This document shows positions 39,809 to 49,720 of a stretch of 64,000 bases of DNA, piece by piece. The stretch's first letter is position 1. Every line of letters starts with the position of its first letter. The notes beneath the pieces are model-generated. The model had not been told where the DNA came from. It made no database searches and was given only the letters and a program-made list of their open reading frames with translations. Position numbers and translations under genes: made by a program. The stretch lies in assembly GCA_963707025.1 (NCBI GenBank), contig CAVPOM010000002.1, forward strand, positions 1-64,000, in the 5' to 3' direction. Source of the DNA: an uncultured Verrucomicrobiae bacterium. Its GTDB lineage: Bacteria > Verrucomicrobiota > Verrucomicrobiia > Limisphaerales > Palsa-1400.

Positions 39809-40321
39809 TTAAACAGGCGGGGCTTTTTGCCTGGATTCCTGCTGCCGTTGCAGCAATTGCACCCGGGTGGTCTGCAGCCGCTGGATCACAATCGCCGCCA
39901 CCCGTTTCATCAACTCAAAGCCAAAAGCGGGATCGTGCTCACACTCTTCGCGCAGGCGGGTGCCGTAAAAGAATATCGCCGTCGTCGGCTCCACCGCGCG
40001 CGCGCTGAAATGCCAGTTATACGGCGGAAACAGCCAGGACCAGCCCAGCACCTCGTCTTGGCCGATCAAATGAATCAGCGGGGCGGCCTCGGGATGGTGC
40101 CCGGATTCCAGCGCGATTTTGCCCCGGCAAACCAGGTAAAAGCGGTTGGCCGGATCGCCTTCCTTGAAAATCAGTTCATCCCGCTCGAACTGTTTGAACA
40201 TCGCCACCTCCACCAGTTTCTTCAGGTGTTCGGGCTTCATGTCCGCGACGAAGCGATGGGCGGCGATGGCCCCGGCCAGTGGAGGCGTGGTTTCGTCTTT
40301 GCTTCCAATCATCGCATTCAT
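39809..40321 (-). CDS. Cyclic nucleotide-binding domain protein (Crp-like, no HTH)
   Basis: IFKEGDPANRFYL, LGWSWLFPPY.WHFSARA. Confidence 0.88.
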   Translation of the reverse strand: MNAMIGSKDETTPPLAGAIAAHRFVADMKPEHLKKLVEVAMFKQFERDELIFKEGDPANRFYLVCRGKIALESGHHPEAAPLIHLIGQDEVLGWSWLFPPYNWHFSARAVEPTTAIFFYGTRLREECEHDPAFGFELMKRVAAIVIQRLQTTRVQLLQRQQESRQKAPPV

Positions 40322-40552
40322 GTTCTCCTCTGGTGTACAGTTTCGTCTCGCGGTTCGATTAATGCAGCTTTCACCTTAAAAGGACCAGCGGGAGCCACCC
40401 GGCGCAACACCTCTTTTGGCAAAGACCGGCCCAAATTTGCCCTCTCCGCATGGCCGGGGAAGGCCACGCCCAAGTCGTTGCAGCGGCGCCTTATGACCGC
40501 CGCATATCGAAACCGGCTTTGCTGAAACCCGCCAGCCTCCAAAGCCCGCCCC

Positions 40553-41302
40553 TCAAGAAACCTTGGTCGGCGCCGGTGCCATCTTTGCCGCAGGCAGGGC
40601 CAGGTGGTTGATTAGGACAAACGACCCGACCGTCTTCACCGCGTCTTCCAAGGAAACCCGGTCCGTGTTGATGACAAAATGGTAGAGCAACCGATCGTCT
40701 ATGTCTTTGCCGAAGTATCTTTTCAGATACCGGCGACGGCCTCCATCCTCCCGCTTCATGCGCCGGAGGGCCTCCTTGCTGTCGAGATGGTCAAATTCCC
40801 GCATGTGGGCGACGCGATGTTCGACCGAACCGACCAGCCGGACGTGGAGCATTCCCGGCAGGCGCGCGGTGATGACATTGGCGCCGCGGCCGACAATGAT
40901 GGCATTGCCCAACTGAGCCAGGTGCAAAATGGTTTCGGAGGCCCGCCGCACCAGCGTCTCCGTGGGAGGATGCAGACTGAACAAATCTTCGATAATATCG
41001 TTCAGTTGGCTGACGCGGTCCTCCGGCATGAACGACGCCAGGCGGGCTGGCAGGTGATGATCCCGCAGGACGGCCTCGACCAAATCGCGGTCGAAAACCG
41101 TCCATCGCCTCGCCCCTTGCGGCAGCACGGCCTGGAGGCAGACGGCCAATTCTTCGGCGAAATAACAGGCCCCGCACCCCGATTGCCTTGAAATGGTCAC
41201 GCCGCGGACAATGCCGTTTTCCCCGCGGCGGGCGGGCCCGGGCGGCTGTAGTTGACAGTTGATGAAAGTGAAACAGCGATCAAGACCGGAGGTTGCATTC
41301 AT
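40553..41302 (-). CDS. Cytidylate kinase-like family protein
   Basis: VTISRQSGCGA, AIIVGRGA, HVRL, RRRYLKRYF, YHFVINT. Confidence 0.88.
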   Translation of the reverse strand: MNATSGLDRCFTFINCQLQPPGPARRGENGIVRGVTISRQSGCGACYFAEELAVCLQAVLPQGARRWTVFDRDLVEAVLRDHHLPARLASFMPEDRVSQLNDIIEDLFSLHPPTETLVRRASETILHLAQLGNAIIVGRGANVITARLPGMLHVRLVGSVEHRVAHMREFDHLDSKEALRRMKREDGGRRRYLKRYFGKDIDDRLLYHFVINTDRVSLEDAVKTVGSFVLINHLALPAAKMAPAPTKVS

Positions 41303-41560
41303 AAGTCACCTGTTTTCCAAGGAGAAACGCCGCCGGCGCAACCGGCTAATGCGTCCGTCATGGGTGGGCCGGCAAAGGCAGGGCCCGCACTCCGCCCCGT
41401 GCGCCGCAGCCGGGGCGAAAGGGCATGCCCGCCCCCAGGTATTGGCAGCGGAATCAACGTCTTACTGCCGCCGTGCGGCGGGTCCCGATATTTCGGGACC
41501 CGCCCTGCCACCCATGAGTGGCCCACGGCGGAACGTGGCATCATCTCAATTCTCCGCGGG

Positions 41561-41848
41561 CTAGGGCAAAGGCTCAGCCCCGCTTTTGAATGGCCTGGCA
41601 GCGGCTCCTTTCGCCCGCTGGCCGGCAAATTTATCAAGGGGTGGCTTGCTCCGCGGCGGTGGAGCACTCCGCGCAGCCCGGGATGCGGCTGGCGCTGTTG
41701 GTTTGACGGGGGAGAGCAGTGACTGCTCGGCCTGAAGCCAGAATTCGACATCCTTGCCGGCGGGTCTGCCATTTTTTTCCCAAAGCTGATGCGCCAGGAA
41801 GGCGATGTCATCACGGCTTGGGTGTGGCGGCGGAATGGATTCTTGCAT
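41561..41848 (-). CDS. DUF2934 domain protein
   Basis: IAFLAHQLWEKNGRPAGKDVEFWLQAE followed by a basic low-complexity tail. Confidence 0.85.
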   Translation of the reverse strand: MQESIPPPHPSRDDIAFLAHQLWEKNGRPAGKDVEFWLQAEQSLLSPVKPTAPAASRAARSAPPPRSKPPLDKFAGQRAKGAAARPFKSGAEPLP

Positions 41849-42065
41849 AACTAATTTCCTTTCATTTTGACTGCAGCTTTGCCTTTCGTTTGCATCGGTC
41901 GCTTCCCTCTTGCGTTGTGCTCCCGTCCTGCAAACCTAACACCCCTGCGGCAAAACTACAGCAAGTTGGCCACTTTTTCTTCCTCTTTTTCCACCCATTT
42001 CTTGCGCAAGTCTCGTCCTTTTTTGACCCGCCCCAGCGGCGCCAGGATTCAGCCAAAGGCAATGC

Positions 42066-45000
42066 TCATGCTGTGGACCCCTTCACACCGGGGTTGTTGG
42101 CCACGGCCCCGGCCGGCGCCAGCCGCTCCAGGGATCGCGACCGCCACAGGTAATAAATGGCCGGATAGACCAGCAGTTCCATGAGGGTGGAGGTGACGAC
42201 GCCGCCCATCATCGGAGTGGCGATGCGTTTCATCACGTCTGCGCCCGCGCCGTGGCTCCAGAGAATGGGCGCCAGGCCGGCCAGAATCACGCAGGCCGTC
42301 ATGGCTTTCGGGCGGACGCGCTTGACTGCGCCGTGATAGATGGCGTCGCGCAGATCGGTCACGTTGCGCATCCGGTCTCTTTTAATCCACTCCCCGTGGG
42401 CGATGTCAAGATAGAGCAACATGACAACCCCGGTCTCGGCGTCCAAGCCTGCCAGGGCAATGATGCCCACCCACACGGCGACGCTCAGGTTGTAGCCGAG
42501 CCAGTAGATGGCCGCGAATGCGCCCACCAGCGAGAAGGGAACGGCCAGCATCACGATGGCGGTCTTAATGGCCGAACGAGTGTTGAGGTAAAGGATGAGC
42601 ACGATGATGAGCAGCGTCAGCGGCACCATGAGCATCAGCCGCGCTTTGGCCCGCTGCATGTATTCATATTGGCCGCTCCAAAAAAGGCTGTAGCCGCCCG
42701 GCAGTTTGATTTGGCCTTGGGCCACGGCGTCGTTGACGGCGCGCATGGCCGATTGAACATAAGTGCCGAGGTCTTTGCCCTTCACGTCCACATAAATCCA
42801 GGCGTTGGGTACGGCGCCCTCGCTTTTAATTCCCATCGGGCCATGCACCGTTTCGATTTTCGCCAACTGGCCGAGCGGCACTTGCGCCCCGCTGGCTGTG
42901 GGCACGCTGATGTCGCGCAACGCCCCGAGGTTCTCCCGGAAATCCCGGCTGTAGCGCAAATTAACCGCGTAACGTTCCAAGCCCTCCACCGTGGTCGTCA
43001 GCGGCATTCCCCCTAGCGCCACTTCCAGCACCTCCTGCACGTCGCCAACACGCAGGCCGTAACGGGCGATGGCGTCCCGGTCCATCGTGATCTCGATGTA
43101 GTTTCCCCCCATCGTGCGCTCGGCAAAGGCGCTCAACGTGCCGGGCACGGTTTTTACTACCGCCTCTACCTCTGACGCCACGCGCTCCAGCACCGCGAGG
43201 TCGGGTCCGGCGATCTTGATGCCGACGGGTGTCTTGATGCCGGTGGCCAGCATGCCGATGCGCGTCTCGATGGGCATCGTCCAGAGATTGCCGAGACCGG
43301 GGAATTGAAGCGCGTTGTTCAACGCGTCTTCCAATTCATCCGGCGTGCGGCGGCGATGCGCGATGACGCGGCCGCCGTCGTCCTTGATGTCCACCGCCGG
43401 CCATTGTTCTTCGGGCTTGAGTCTGATCGTGGTTTCGATCATGTCCATTGGCGCGGGATCGGTGGCCGTTTCGGCGCGGCCAATTTTGCCGAAGACGTTT
43501 TGCGCCTCTGGAAAGGTTTTGATGATTTTATCGGTTTGCTGCAGGACTTGGCGCGCGGTGGTCGGGCCGAGGCCTGGAAACGTGGTGGGCATGTAGAGCA
43601 AATCGCCTTCGTACAGGCGGGGCATGAACTCCGAACCGAGGTTCTGATAGGGGAAGAACTTTCCGGCTTTGAAAGCCCATTCCTTGACTTTGCCGTCCGG
43701 CAGCAGGCGCGCGGTCACCGTGTTCCACGGCAAGAACACCCAAACCACCAGCATGGCGGCCGTCGTGACGACGGCCCAGCGCCATTTGATCACGAAATCA
43801 ATCGCCGGATGATAGAGCCACAGCAGGAAGCGGTTGAGGGGGTTTTTCTCTTCGGCTGGGATTTTGCCACGGATAAAAAATCCCATCAAAACCGGCGCCA
43901 GCGTGATGGAGAGCAACGCGGCTGCGCCCATCGAATACGTTTTGGTGAACGCCAGCGGCTTGAAGAGCCGGCCTTCCTGCGCCTGGAACGTGAAGATGGG
44001 AAGGAAGGACACCGTAATGACCAGCAGTGAGTAGAAGAGCGTCGGCCCGACTTCGACGGCGGCGTCGCGGATGATGTCCCAATGCGGTTTCCGGCCCCGG
44101 TCACGCTCGAGATGTTTATGGGCGTTTTCAATCATGATGATGACCGCGTCCACCATCGCGCCGATGGCGATGGCGATGCCGCCCAGCGACATGATATTCG
44201 AGCTGAGGCCCTGGCCAAACATGACCAGAAACGAAATCAGCACCGCCACGGGCAGGATGATGATGGCCACCAGCGAACTGCGCAGGTGCATCAGGAACGC
44301 CAGGCAGACCAGCGCGACCACCATGCTTTCCTCAATGAGTTTTTCTTCGAGCGTTTTCACCGCGCGATCAATCAGCGCGCTGCGGTCGTAGGCGATCGTG
44401 TACTTCACGTCCGCCGGCAGTCCCTTCATCGCCGCGTCGAGCCTGGTCTTCACGTCGAGGATGACCTGGCGGGCGTTGGCGCCGTAGCGCACCACCACGA
44501 TGCCGCCGACGGTTTCTCCCTCGCCGTTCAACTCGGCGATGCCGCGCCGCATGTCGGGGCCGAGCTCGACGTTGGCCACCTGGCTGAGGAGAATCGGCAC
44601 GCCGTTGTCACCCAGGCCCACCGCCACTTTGCGCAGGTCGTCCAGGCTTTGCACGTAGCCCTTGACCCGCAGGATGAATTCCTTTTCCGACAATTCGATG
44701 GAACGACCGCCCACCTCGCCATTGCTGCGCTGGACCGCCGTCGCCACCTCGGAAATGGAAAGGTTGTAGGCCCGCAGTTTGGCTGGATCCACCGTGACTT
44801 GGTATTGCTTGACGAAGCCGCCGATGGAGGCGACTTCCGAAACGCCTTCCACCGCGGCCAGTTGGTAGCGCAGATACCAATCCTGCATCGAGCGCAGTTG
44901 GGCCAGGTCGCGGTTGGTCGAGTTGAGCGAATACATGAACGCCCAACCCACGCCGGTGGCATCCGGGCCGAGGCTCGGGGTGACGCCTTGCGGCAGCCGG

Positions 45001-45356
45001 CCGCTCAAGCCGCTGAGATATTCCAGCACCCGGCTGCGCGCCCAATAGGGATCGGTGCCGTCCTCAAAAATGACATAGACAAAGCTGAATCCGTAAAATG
45101 AATAGCCGCGCACCACTTTTGCCTTCGGCACGGAAAGCATTTTGGTCGTGATAGGATAGGTTACCTGGTCCTGGACAATTTGCGGCGCCTGGCCCGGCCA
45201 TTCCGTGTAGATGATCACCTGCACGTCCGACAGGTCGGGGATGGCGTCCAGCGGAATATTGCGCACGGCATAAATGCCGCCGAGCACGAGCATAATCGTA
45301 CCGAGAAGAACAATGAATTTGTTCTTGAGCGAAAAATCTATGATGCCTTTGAGCAT
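42066..45356 (-). CDS. cusA: CusA/SilA-type heavy-metal efflux RND permease
   Basis: LDAIPDLSDVQVI, GPDATGVGW, GIAIAIGAMVD, AETATDPAP, AETGVVMLLYL, RVRPKAMT. Confidence 0.95.
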   Translation of the reverse strand: MLKGIIDFSLKNKFIVLLGTIMLVLGGIYAVRNIPLDAIPDLSDVQVIIYTEWPGQAPQIVQDQVTYPITTKMLSVPKAKVVRGYSFYGFSFVYVIFEDGTDPYWARSRVLEYLSGLSGRLPQGVTPSLGPDATGVGWAFMYSLNSTNRDLAQLRSMQDWYLRYQLAAVEGVSEVASIGGFVKQYQVTVDPAKLRAYNLSISEVATAVQRSNGEVGGRSIELSEKEFILRVKGYVQSLDDLRKVAVGLGDNGVPILLSQVANVELGPDMRRGIAELNGEGETVGGIVVVRYGANARQVILDVKTRLDAAMKGLPADVKYTIAYDRSALIDRAVKTLEEKLIEESMVVALVCLAFLMHLRSSLVAIIILPVAVLISFLVMFGQGLSSNIMSLGGIAIAIGAMVDAVIIMIENAHKHLERDRGRKPHWDIIRDAAVEVGPTLFYSLLVITVSFLPIFTFQAQEGRLFKPLAFTKTYSMGAAALLSITLAPVLMGFFIRGKIPAEEKNPLNRFLLWLYHPAIDFVIKWRWAVVTTAAMLVVWVFLPWNTVTARLLPDGKVKEWAFKAGKFFPYQNLGSEFMPRLYEGDLLYMPTTFPGLGPTTARQVLQQTDKIIKTFPEAQNVFGKIGRAETATDPAPMDMIETTIRLKPEEQWPAVDIKDDGGRVIAHRRRTPDELEDALNNALQFPGLGNLWTMPIETRIGMLATGIKTPVGIKIAGPDLAVLERVASEVEAVVKTVPGTLSAFAERTMGGNYIEITMDRDAIARYGLRVGDVQEVLEVALGGMPLTTTVEGLERYAVNLRYSRDFRENLGALRDISVPTASGAQVPLGQLAKIETVHGPMGIKSEGAVPNAWIYVDVKGKDLGTYVQSAMRAVNDAVAQGQIKLPGGYSLFWSGQYEYMQRAKARLMLMVPLTLLIIVLILYLNTRSAIKTAIVMLAVPFSLVGAFAAIYWLGYNLSVAVWVGIIALAGLDAETGVVMLLYLDIAHGEWIKRDRMRNVTDLRDAIYHGAVKRVRPKAMTACVILAGLAPILWSHGAGADVMKRIATPMMGGVVTSTLMELLVYPAIYYLWRSRSLERLAPAGAVANNPGVKGSTA

Positions 45357-45371
45357 GATCGTCTTTCGTCC

Positions 45372-45953
45372 TCAGGCGCCTTTGGCCGTCTTCTTGCCGA
45401 CCCGGTAAGACGGGCCTTCTTCTTTGATGTGGAATCCAATTTCCCTTTTCGGCGCGTCGGGCGGCGGGGTTGGGGCCATGAGCTGGCGGATGGCCTCGAA
45501 AAGGGAGTGAATGCCCGCGTCATGGCTTTCGATCTTACGTTCCAGTTCGGCCAGTTGGTACGCCAATTCCTTGTGCAAAGATAACGCCTCGCGAAGCCGG
45601 ACGAAGGCGCGCATCATGGCGACATTGACCTGAACGGCCCGGTGGCTGCGCAAAATGCCGGACAACATGGCAACTCCCTGCTCGGTAAAGGCAGAGGGGA
45701 GATATTTGTAATGCTGTCCGCGCTTTAAGATTCCAGATTGGAATCTTAAAGACTCCGCTTCCTCAACCGTGAGTTGAAACATAAAGTCCCCGGGGAAGCG
45801 GTCCAGGTTCCGCTTCACCGCCTTGTTCAGGTTGCTGGTCCTCACACCGTAAAGAGCCGCCAAGTCGCGGTCCAGCATCACCCTTTGGCTGCGAATGAGG
45901 AAAATGGCGTTTTCAACGTCAGGTGCGGCCAGGAGATGGGGCGTTGTTTTCAT
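45372..45953 (-). CDS. ORF6N-domain DNA-binding protein
   Basis: IRSQRVMLDRDLAALYGV...AVKRNLDRFPGDFMFQLT, AFTEQGVAMLS, C-terminal coiled coil and REIGF. Confidence 0.92.
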   Translation of the reverse strand: MKTTPHLLAAPDVENAIFLIRSQRVMLDRDLAALYGVRTSNLNKAVKRNLDRFPGDFMFQLTVEEAESLRFQSGILKRGQHYKYLPSAFTEQGVAMLSGILRSHRAVQVNVAMMRAFVRLREALSLHKELAYQLAELERKIESHDAGIHSLFEAIRQLMAPTPPPDAPKREIGFHIKEEGPSYRVGKKTAKGA

Positions 45954-45983
45954 GGACTTGGGAGCAACAAAGGTCGTGCGCGT

Positions 45984-47708
45984 TCATTCGCGGACCGCAG
46001 CCCCCGCAGGCAGGTTGGTCGGCGGCGCTTCCATTATTGGAATAAGTGTCATGCCGCACTTGGGGCACTTGCCCGGTTTGTCGGACCGCACTTCGCTGTG
46101 CTCAGGCATCGGGCAGGTGTAATAAAGAATTTTCCCCCCGGGCTGCAGTTTCTTCAGCGTCTCTTCAGACACGGGCACGAGCGTCATGCCGCAGATGGGA
46201 CATTGGCCAGGATGGTCGTAGGCGATGGCGACATGCTCCGGCATCGGGCAGATGTATTTCAAAGCCCCGGCAGACCCGGAGGATGATGCCTTGCCGGCGT
46301 TGGGGGTGGAAGACAGGCCCGTTTTCTCCCCCTCCGCCAGCTCGGACGACTTCTTCGGCTCCAGCATTTTCTGAATCGCCTCGCGAAGCTGGCTCTCCGA
46401 ATCGAGCATGAACTGGCCCGACGTGACAATGCGCTCGCCCTCCTTCAATCCGCTCAGGACTTGATACTCGTCGTTCTCCGCCTGCGGCCCGAGGGTGACG
46501 GAGCGCGGGTCAAATTTTCCGCCGTCCAACGCCACGAACACGGTGGTCTTCTCGCCGCTGCGCAGGATGGCCATGTCTGGCACCAGCAGCGCGGATGGCT
46601 CCAGTTCGGACGTGACCTGCACGGTGGCAAACATGCCGGGTTTGAGGAAGTAGCCCGGATTGTGGAACTCCATCCGCACCCGGGCCGTGCGCGTTTTCAC
46701 GTCCACGCTCGGATAGATGTAGGTGACCCGCCCGCGAAACTCCCGGTCCGGCAGGTACGAGAGCGTCACGGTCGCTTCTTGACCCAATTTGATATACGCC
46801 AAATCCTGTTCGTATATGTCCGCCTGCAGCCAGACCAGCCCCAAGTCCGCCAGCCGGAATATTTTCATGCCGGCCTCCACCATCTGGCCTTCCACCACCA
46901 TTTTTTCGGTCACGAACCCGTCCTGCGGCGCGAGGATGCGCAGGGTCTTCTGCGGCTGCCGGGTGCGCTCCAGACCGGCGATTTGATCCTCGGAAATGTC
47001 CAGGAACTTCAGCTTGGTCAGCGCGCTGGCCCGGATGGCTTCCGCCCCTGGCGTGGCGCTGCCGGCCGAACCGGCCGCCTGCAAATACTCCACCTGCGCG
47101 CTGTAGAGCTCCGGCGAATAGATTTCAAACAACGGGTCGCCGCGCATGACCAACTGGCCCGTCGTGTTCACGTCCAGCTTCTCAATCCAGCCCTTGAATT
47201 TGGTCGTCACGTCGGACATGCCCGCTTCGTTGTAGTCAATCACCCCCACCGCGCGAATGGTCCGGCGCAGCGGGCCGCGCTCCACCCGGGCGGTGCGGAT
47301 GCCCATGTTCTGAATCGTCACCGGGTCAATGGCGATGGTCTGCGACGCGCCGGCAGCCGTTTCGTCTTCATAGACCGGCGCCATGTCCATGCCCATGCTG
47401 TCCTTGCCGGGAGTCTGCCGCACTTCACCCGGCATCATGGTGGATTTGTAGTACTTGATTTTGCGTTCCCCGCTGGCCGTCGCCGATGCGCCTGCCTGTT
47501 TGCGAATCGGATTCAATTTCATGCCGCAGATCGGGCAATTCCCGGGATGATCCTGAATCACCTGCGGATGCATCCCGCAAGTGTAAAGCGTTTTGTCTTG
47601 ATCGGTCCCGCTCACGCCGTCGTGATTGGGAGCCTTGGAACACCCTGCCATGAACGCGCCAGCGCCGACCGCCGCAATGAGAACCAAAAGGGAAATGCTC
47701 TTAGTCAT
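45984..47708 (-). CDS. cusB: CusB-type periplasmic adaptor with three heavy-metal-binding domains
   Basis: YTCGMHP..PGNCPICGM, KDSMGMDM, YSPEL, LKPGMFA, then two C-terminal CPMPEH..PGxCPxCGM repeats. Confidence 0.92.
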   Translation of the reverse strand: MTKSISLLVLIAAVGAGAFMAGCSKAPNHDGVSGTDQDKTLYTCGMHPQVIQDHPGNCPICGMKLNPIRKQAGASATASGERKIKYYKSTMMPGEVRQTPGKDSMGMDMAPVYEDETAAGASQTIAIDPVTIQNMGIRTARVERGPLRRTIRAVGVIDYNEAGMSDVTTKFKGWIEKLDVNTTGQLVMRGDPLFEIYSPELYSAQVEYLQAAGSAGSATPGAEAIRASALTKLKFLDISEDQIAGLERTRQPQKTLRILAPQDGFVTEKMVVEGQMVEAGMKIFRLADLGLVWLQADIYEQDLAYIKLGQEATVTLSYLPDREFRGRVTYIYPSVDVKTRTARVRMEFHNPGYFLKPGMFATVQVTSELEPSALLVPDMAILRSGEKTTVFVALDGGKFDPRSVTLGPQAENDEYQVLSGLKEGERIVTSGQFMLDSESQLREAIQKMLEPKKSSELAEGEKTGLSSTPNAGKASSSGSAGALKYICPMPEHVAIAYDHPGQCPICGMTLVPVSEETLKKLQPGGKILYYTCPMPEHSEVRSDKPGKCPKCGMTLIPIMEAPPTNLPAGAAVRE

Positions 47709-47715
47709 ATCAAAA

Positions 47716-49104
47716 TCAGTGTTTGAGGTTCTTGGACGCAGCCGGTGCCGCCGCGGCCCCGCCCGGAGAAGCCGGCAGAAACGGCGCGCCTTCCGGCGCG
47801 ATTCCGGCGATGGACAGCGACAGTTCCGCCAGGATAATTTCCCGGCGCGTGCGCGCCTCCACTTCCTCCAGTTGAAAGTTCAACAGCGTCCGCTCCGCAT
47901 CCGTCAGGTTGAAGAAATCAATCTGCCCGGCCAGATAGCCCGCCCGGGCAATTTCCAGGGACTTCCGCGCTTTTGGAATCAGCTTCTCCTGCAACAGGGC
48001 CAGATCGCGGGTCGCTTCCCGGTATTCGTAAGTCTTCATCGCGAAATCCACCGTCACCAGGATTTGCCCGGAACTGAGCCGCGCGGCGGCGGCGCGCTGG
48101 CCGGCCTGGGCCGCCGCGATTTGCGCCGCAATTTTGTCCCGCCAGACCGGCAGGCTCATGCTCGCCTGCGGCCAATAAAACGGCGGACTATAGACCTCGG
48201 CCTGCAACCCGGCGGAAAAATCGGGCACTTTGGATTTGCGCGCGACCGCAATGGAGGCCTCCGCCAGGCGCACCTCCGCTTCCATCGCCTTGAGGCCGGG
48301 ATTGCGCGCGAAGGCCGTGTCGAGCAACTCGTCGCCCTTCAAATCCAGCGGCGTGGTTTCAAAACCAGCCGGCGCCGCCGGGTCCGGTTGGTCGCGCGTC
48401 AGGCCCAGCGCGCCTTTGAATTGCGCCGTCAGCGGCCGGCGCGAATCTTCCAGATTGCTGATCTCCGTGGCCAGTTTGTCCTGCTCGATTTGCGCGCGAT
48501 AGACATCCTGCAACGTCACCTTCCCTACTTCGTTTTGCGTGCGGGCGCTTTTTTCCAGGTCGGCCAGCAAATTGAGCGTCTCGCGGTTGATGCGGATTTT
48601 TTCGTCGAGAAACCAAAGCTGGTAATAGGCCTGTTTGACGGCGAAGGCCGTCTCCAGCGCGGCCGTTTCAAAGGCAAAATACTTCGCCCGGCTCGCGGCG
48701 CCGGCCGCGCTGGCCGCCGCCTTCAGCTTGCCGGGGCCGGGAAAATCCTGCATCAACCCCGGCATCAGGGAGGTCAGGACATCTTGAATGTAGGCTTGCA
48801 AGGTCAGTTTTGGATCCGGCAGCGACCGCTCGACGGTGATGCGTTCGACCGAGGCCGCCCAGTCAAAGTAGGCCGCCCGCACCCGGGGTTGGGTCATGAT
48901 TGCGAACTGCAAATAGTTGCTCAACCCGGCCTTCGCATCCAATTGGGGCAAAGGCGCGCCCGGCCAATAAGCCTGTTCGACTTTCTTTAAATCACTGCGG
49001 GCTTGCCGCTCCGATGGGGCCGGCACGCCCGCGCATCCGGCCAGAAATAACACCCCCCATGAGAAGGCCGCCAATAAAGCGGGCCGGCGGCGGACGGGTG
49101 CCAT
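47716..49104 (-). CDS. TolC/CusC-family outer membrane efflux lipoprotein
   Basis: FLAGC lipobox; LPDPKL, Q.FPGPGKL, two OEP repeats; start codon uncertain. Confidence 0.88.
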   Translation of the reverse strand: MAPVRRRPALLAAFSWGVLFLAGCAGVPAPSERQARSDLKKVEQAYWPGAPLPQLDAKAGLSNYLQFAIMTQPRVRAAYFDWAASVERITVERSLPDPKLTLQAYIQDVLTSLMPGLMQDFPGPGKLKAAASAAGAASRAKYFAFETAALETAFAVKQAYYQLWFLDEKIRINRETLNLLADLEKSARTQNEVGKVTLQDVYRAQIEQDKLATEISNLEDSRRPLTAQFKGALGLTRDQPDPAAPAGFETTPLDLKGDELLDTAFARNPGLKAMEAEVRLAEASIAVARKSKVPDFSAGLQAEVYSPPFYWPQASMSLPVWRDKIAAQIAAAQAGQRAAAARLSSGQILVTVDFAMKTYEYREATRDLALLQEKLIPKARKSLEIARAGYLAGQIDFFNLTDAERTLLNFQLEEVEARTRREIILAELSLSIAGIAPEGAPFLPASPGGAAAAPAASKNLKH

Positions 49105-49115
49105 GCAACGAACAA

Positions 49116-49415
49116 TCACGGCTTCGCCTTCTTTTCCTCCTCCGCCAGCTTTTTGAGGTATTTGTCCGGGTCTTTGTTGAAGTCCTTCACACAATCCTTG
49201 CAGCAGAATTTGATTTGCTGTCCCAGGTAATTGGTCGTGAACGGCTCGCCCATCTCGCCCAGCTTGTCGCCGGAGACCAGGCAAAAATTGAGGGGATACG
49301 GCTTGACCGCGGCTTGGGTCGAACCGCCCGGACGGGCGGTGTGGCATGAGCAGAGCAGCGCGGGAGCGCCGGCCAACAGGGCCAGCAGCGGGATGGCCAG
49401 TAATGTTCTTTTCAT
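49116..49415 (-). CDS. Small exported YHS/TRASH-like metal-binding protein
   Basis: Signal peptide; YPLNFCLVSG...YLGQQIKFCCKDC...F.KDP.KY. Confidence 0.8.
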   Translation of the reverse strand: MKRTLLAIPLLALLAGAPALLCSCHTARPGGSTQAAVKPYPLNFCLVSGDKLGEMGEPFTTNYLGQQIKFCCKDCVKDFNKDPDKYLKKLAEEEKKAKP

Positions 49416-49720
49416 GTTTCTCTTTCAGGTGGATTTGTTTGTTCTTTCGCCGCGCAGTCTCACCCGAGATTGGACTGCGCCCGCAAAATTCATAAGGTTA
49501 AGTGCGATTCAAATTTTGGGTCCGATGGCATGGCTGCCACGCCACTTTCCATTGCTCTGATGATTACTACGCCACCACCGCTCCATTCCCTCCGCTTTTG
49601 TTGCCTGTGCCTTGCCCTTTTTTGCCCTCCGACCCGGCAAAAGTCCAGCCGGGAAGTAATTTGGGTTTTGACATAAGACCGGGTCGAATTCAGCATTCCC
49701 GTCTAAACGAAGGAACCACC

